DNA from: Macrostomum lignano
Taxonomy: Eukaryota
Direction: 5' to 3'
Assembly: GCA_002269645.1 (NCBI GenBank)
Contig: NIVC01000405.1
Span: 242,956-306,955 of the forward strand
DNA: 64,000 nucleotides
Numbering within the stretch: the first letter of the stretch is position 1; each line of letters starts with the position of its first letter. The notes below the pieces were generated by a model, which was given only the letters and a program-made list of their open reading frames with translations, had not been told where the DNA came from and did no database searches. Below are positions 58,901-64,000 of this stretch, piece by piece. The position numbers and the translations under genes were made by a program.

Positions 58901-60984
58901 CACTCACTCCCTCACTCACTCACTCACTCATTCATTCCCTTACTCATTGATTCATTTATCACTCACTCACTCACTCACTCAGTCACTCACTCACTCACTT
59001 ACTCATTCACTCACTCACTCACTCACTCACTCACTCACTCAGTCACTCACTCACTCAGTCACTCACTCACTCAGTCACTCACTCACTCACTTACTCATTC
59101 ACTCACTCACTCACTCACTCACTCACTCACTTACTCACTCATTCATTCACTCTCACTCACTCACTCATTCACTCTCACTCACTCACTCACTCACTCACTC
59201 ACTCACTCACTCACCCACCCACCCACCTGAAAGCGGTCTTTCCGCCTAACAGCAATCATGAGTCCGCCGGCGCCGTCGCCCTTAGCGTCGCCCACAATTT
59301 CGTAGATCTGTCCTTCGCCACTGTCGCCGACGTTGCCACTAGTAACCGAAGACGCCGAGGTCCAACGAGTAACGAGTCTCCAGGAGGCGTCGTTTCTGCT
59401 ACTAGACTGACGTCGTCGACTTAATCTTCGACGTTTGCTCATTCGATCACGCTTGAGAGTCGACACGCGCAAAGTGTCAAGGTTGGCACCGGAAGCGTTG
59501 GCAACAAGGAAAGAATCTGACTGAGCTGATCCGGCAGTCGCTGAGGCCCACACTGTGCCGCTGCCGCAGTGACGTCCGGAGACCGCGCCGATCATGCGGT
59601 CGGCCAAGGACTCGGGATTCAATGGGTCGATGCCGAGTGCGTCAACGCCTGTAGATTTGTTCGACAAAATATGGAGATTTTGAATGGAAATAATTTTACG
59701 GAAACTTCTTAAAGATAGTTATTACTTACGGGTTGAATTGTGCTACATATATATACATATAGCCATGTATGTAAGGCAATTAAGGGTTTTTCAATACATA
59801 CGAGCGTCAAGTGAAACGTCAGGTGAAACGTCAAGTGACTCGTATCTTTAAGTGAAACGTCTTTCGATACATATCGGCAAGTAAAGGGTTTGTCGATACA
59901 TATCGTCAAGTGAAACGTCTTTTGATAAATATCGGAAAGTAGTGTTTGTCGATACATATCGGCAAGTGAACGTCTTTTGATACATATCGGCAAGTGAAAC
60001 ATCTTCGATACATATTGGCAAGTAAAGGTTTTGTCGATACGTATCGTCAAGTGAAACGTCTTTTGATACATATCGGAAAGTAAATTGTTTGTCGATACAT
60101 ATCGGCTCGTACAAAAGCCGCAGTCGTCCCTGTCTCACCAGCATCAGCATCCTGGGCGTCAGACGGTGGCGTCGCAGTCAAAAACTGGGTAATGTGCAGC
60201 GGCAGTCGAGCCAGTCTGGCAAGCGGAAAGTCCGCCAGACTGGTCGCCTCGGCCATCTCCCGGAGTAGGTCGCGGGCGGACTCCACTCCAGTCAGACTGG
60301 ACGCAGCCGGACGTCCGCCAAAGTGTCGGCCAGCTGTGGAGGCGGCCACGCAGGCCAGTCGGACCTGACGGTGGCGCTCCCGGCTGCACGGCCAGCCGGA
60401 GCCGGCGAAGCGCACCGGTTCGGCGCTTAGACAGACTGGGGCGCCGACAATGCGGTAGGGCAGCGGTTCGAAACTGGCAACCTACCGGTGCGGTTGAAAA
60501 AACAGGCTTTCGATACATATCGGCAAGTTAAGTGTATTTTCGATACATATCGGCCAGTAAAGTGTATTTTTGATACCTATTAAAATGTTTAGATTTTTTT
60601 CGATACATATCGGCAAGTTGTATATTTTCTATACATATTAGCATTTTTAGATGTATTTTAGATACATATCGGCAAGTTAAGTGCATCTTCGATACATATC
60701 GCAAGTGAGGTGTATTTTGAATTAATATCGGCAACTAAAGTGTACTTTACTAAAGTGTACATATCGGCAACTTAAGTGTATTTTCTATACATATCGGCAG
60801 GAGTGTGGCATAGCTTTACCTGGGTCAGAGACTCGCCGTGGCCGCCGATGTGACCCAAGTCTGCGTAGGTAGCCTGGCCAAAAGCGGGCGCTTTCGACCT
60901 GTCCGAGGCCAAATAGTTGCGACAGTAGTGGCCCCGGCCGTCGTCCTCCGGCCAGAATTGGGGAAAATTGAACTTGGGAAACAT
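55922..60984 (-). CDS. TAF1C: TAF1C homolog (RNA polymerase I SL1 subunit C; beta-propeller), ~744 aa
   Basis: Minus-strand exons 60984-60820, 60481-60139, 59648-59227, 58277-57678, 56626-55922 (2235 nt, phases consistent). Motifs recalled as collinear with human TAF1C: IAVRRK, SLNPHIPGE...KLW, W...GAHHRSL, LRLVDDRM, LLLGAQ, QSLPPRI, GLAAV, GRLCLQHL. Confidence 0.8.
56735..57680. repeat. 22/24-bp minisatellite in TAF1C intron 4; each unit carries a 5' splice-site motif on the sense strand
   Basis: Minus-strand units are GATTGGTCAG|GTGAGTGATTCTCT (~30 units) and CTAATCAGTCAG|GTGGGTGATT (~9 units). Confidence 0.93.
58440..59226. repeat. (TCAC)n / sense-strand (GTGA)n microsatellite filling TAF1C intron 3
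   Basis: About 780 nt, contiguous with the donor at 59226. Confidence 0.95.
59800..60110. repeat. GATACATATCGGCAAGT-core repeat in TAF1C intron 2
   Basis: About 8 units of ~32-33 nt with alternating flanks. Confidence 0.85.
60505..60800. repeat. GATACATATCGGCAAGT-core repeat in TAF1C intron 1
   Basis: About 9 units of ~30 nt. Confidence 0.85.
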
Positions 60985-62002
60985 TGCGCAATTTAAGATC
61001 GGAGATATATAGAAATTATCTCTGTCATCATTAAAATTATCCAAGCATTTTATGGCTGAAATAAGTGGAAGTCATTAATTTAGGAAATCAATTTTTCTTT
61101 AACGAATCACGAAAACTTTACTATTTTTATCCTATTTACACTACTCACTAAGTAGTCCAACATGTTTCCGAGTTATACGAGCGTATAATACTCGTAGAAA
61201 TGATGAAAAATAAATATTCTGACCTATAATTTTAACAAATGATGAAAACCAAGATTTAGCCAATTCAACATATTTAATACGCGATACATACTACTTCATT
61301 TGCAGAGTAATTAAAAAGTTATTAGGTAAGCAAAACTAATTATATTTATTTTCAGTAGCAACATAGTCAAATACTTGATAAAATCACTTAATCAAAGGTT
61401 CATTTAAGCAAAGCAAACAAGAAGCGGATTTGAGAAGGCACATTAATTAGTTGTCAAATCGTGCAAAATTGAGCAGTAATATTACCGGTCAGTAGCCAAA
61501 ATAAAGGCAGCAAAGCGTAAAAATTATTTATATTGTAACAACAACAACAAAATAACCAGCAAGTTTCCGCTCGCTACTGTCAGTAGCGTGATAGAAAAGT
61601 TAATAGCTGTTAAACCAATAAAAAAGCATATACACACAGAGCCGATGCCAAATTCCAAAACTGTCAAAAATCAATAAAAAGCGGAGAATCAGGATTAACA
61701 ATTCAAATAAAATAGCAAAGCTCTGAGCAGTGATGGTTGCAAAGCATATGCAACAGTATAGAGTTAATAATAATACTGTGGTTTATAATAAAACATTTGA
61801 TTATATGCCAGATGGCAGTTAATGAAGTCATGCTGTAATAAAAGTACACAGAGCCCTCCTACAGGTTTTAATCTATGCTTTAATGGCCAACCTCCCAAAG
61901 CACAGAGAATGTACACTGCTTAATTTTTTTTACTGATCTAAGAATTCGAACCCACGACCTTCAAGTGAGCTCGTAACAATCAGTAGTTACAAAGACAAGC
62001 AT

Positions 62003-62619
62003 CTAAGCTTCATCTTTCTTCTCCTTGTTCTTGCCGCCGCATCCAACACTGGAGAACAACTTAAATTTGCGATGATGATGCTTACGATGCTGGTCGGGCT
62101 TCTCTTCATTATTGTTTCCAGCCTCCTGTTCAGTTGAAGACGTCGGCTTCTTTTTCAATTTTATCGACGATAACTTTGATATTCTTTCCTCTTTCTTGTG
62201 CTTTTTCTTATCTTTTTTGCTTTTGTCAATCTTCTGCTCCTGGACGGAGGCGCTGGCGCTGGCCAGGGTGGCAGCCAGCAGCTGCTCCTGCTCCTCCTGC
62301 TCACGCTGGCTGGCGTCGATCAGGTCGATGATGCGGGCTCGACGATCCACCACGTTGGTAAGCTGAGCCAGCAGGCTGCGTTCCAGCTCCCGGTCTGACT
62401 CGGTTTTGAGGGCCTCTGCGAGTGCATTGGTCGGTGAGTGGATTTGAGTTTTGGAATCTATCTATCTGTCTAGCTACCTACCTATCTATCTATCTGTCTA
62501 GCTACCTACCTATCTATCTATCTGTCTAGCTACCTACCTATCTATCTATCTGTCTATCTATCTATCTATCTATCTATCCATCTATCTATCTATCTATCTA
62601 TCTATCCATCTATCTATCC

Positions 62620-62651
<32 letters not shown>

Positions 62652-62673
62652 GTCTAGCTACCTACCTACCTAC

Positions 62674-62738
<65 letters not shown>

Positions 62739-62739
62739 C

Positions 62740-62814
<75 letters not shown>

Positions 62815-62829
62815 CATTTAACTATCTAC

Positions 62830-62899
<70 letters not shown>

Positions 62900-63578
62900 C
62901 TTTGTCTATCTATGAGTCAATAAAATAATAACTTTAAAAAGGGACCCCAGTGGTTTAGCGAGACGCTCTGATGTGCCAGCGGCCCAGGCTCGATTCCAAG
63001 TGCAGTCTCATTAATTTGGGGTTGAATTGGAATCTCGGCTTGGCTCTGTTGGTGCAATAAACGGCCTTGAGGACCAACCCCCAAAGCACAGTGAGATGTA
63101 CATGCCTAACGATAAATAAAGTTAAGGCCGGTGTACACTTCTGTGTGTGTGCCTGCTCAGAGGAGTCGGCAGAACGGGCAGTAATGCCTCTCGCCGGTTG
63201 TGTGACAATGTCACACAGCACCCCTGCCCCTAACTAAAAAACACTAGACAAGCGTGATTTAACCAATCTATCTATACAGAAATATCACTGCGCTAACCTT
63301 GTTTGCTCATGACCCGGCGAAGATCGAATTCAATGCTAGAATGCTGCAGTTCCAATTCGCGCTCCTCGGATCTGCGGTCAATTGTATCGGTAATATAAGC
63401 AGTTTAGTTAAACAAAGTCCGATAATAAATAAAATAAACAGAATAGCAGCACGCATCTCATAGAAAACTAACCGTCTGAGCAGGTAGAGCTCCTCGCGGC
63501 ACAGTCGATTTCTTTCATTAACCAAGCCGATCCACTCCAGTAGCAGCGGCTCTTCGCTGTCCGAATTATCCAGCTCGG
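62003..63578 (-). CDS. 3' exons of a bMERB (Rab-binding) domain protein, MICAL-like/EHBP1/MICAL type; gene continues beyond the window
   Basis: Exons 63578-63473, 63371-63298, 62415-62003, phase-compatible. They give [78 protein letters not shown], the three-helix bMERB pattern, followed by a Lys-rich tail. Confidence 0.8.
62458..62912. repeat. (ATCT)n microsatellite in the last intron of the bMERB gene
   Basis: About 450 nt. Confidence 0.95.
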
Positions 63579-63904
63579 CTGCGGAGTAAAAGTGCAAACA
63601 ACCAATAAAAGTACATTCCTTTGTACTTTTCTATCTTGATTTACAAAGCGAAAGAATCTATCGATTGTTAGTAACGGATACTTAAAAAGTCTGAAAAGAA
63701 GCAGTTTCTCTTTATTATGTTAGTACACTTGCTCAGCTTCTTTATGGTTGGCCTTTTAACAGCTAAGTAGCTAAGTAACTAAGTAGCTCATCTATTTACC
63801 TGTTAGAGTACGTTAAAATTAGACGAATTATGATTGCAGAAAAATATTTGTAAATAATATTATCTACTAATGCAATGATTTGTTTATCTATCTGACTACT
63901 ATTT

Positions 63905-64000
63905 GCTTTTGTCCGTCCATCTATCTGTCTGTCTGTCTGTGTCTGTCTGTCTGTTTTAGTGTCTGTCTCTCTGTCTGTCTGCCTGCCTGCCTGTCTGTTT
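63905..64000. repeat. (GTCT)n microsatellite, truncated by the window end
   Basis: Read directly. Confidence 0.85.

Noticed and set aside
1-64000. Prokaryotic or viral origin (defence system, operon of SLC1/SID-like genes)
   Set aside because: All genes have spliceosomal introns with consistent phases and belong to metazoan families.

Overview
Eukaryotic (animal) genomic DNA with GC-rich, Gln/Ala-rich exons separated by AT-rich introns, almost every one carrying its own tandem minisatellite. The style resembles the flatworm Macrostomum lignano (inference only). I rebuilt gene models by hand from splice sites and reading-frame phase. Eight genes are supported. (1) The last exon of an SLC1A/EAAT glutamate transporter. 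(2) A complete, canonical EAAT2-like SLC1A gene. (3) A third tandem SLC1A paralog whose Na3-site, proton/K+-coupling and TM8 residues are changed together (NMDGT to NMNGT, TM3 YYxxTT to YSxxTN, ALYEA to ALYLA, DRxRT to DHQRT). (4) A 9-exon CCDC66 homolog on the minus strand (21789-48053). (5) A two-exon SID-1/SIDT family gene nested antisense in the ~18 kb intron 7 of CCDC66. (6) An unrecognised two-exon gene and an STI1/DP-repeat protein gene on the plus strand. (7) A 5-exon TAF1C homolog on the minus strand. (8) The 3' end of a bMERB-domain (MICAL-like/EHBP1-type) gene. The most interesting signals are the remodelled SLC1A paralog, the nested SID-1 gene, and minisatellites that appear to be seeded from exon boundaries and so multiply splice donors, splice acceptors or the stop-codon context. 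Three apparent 1-nt frameshifts suggest assembly indel errors. No CRISPR array, RNA gene or intact transposon could be supported.
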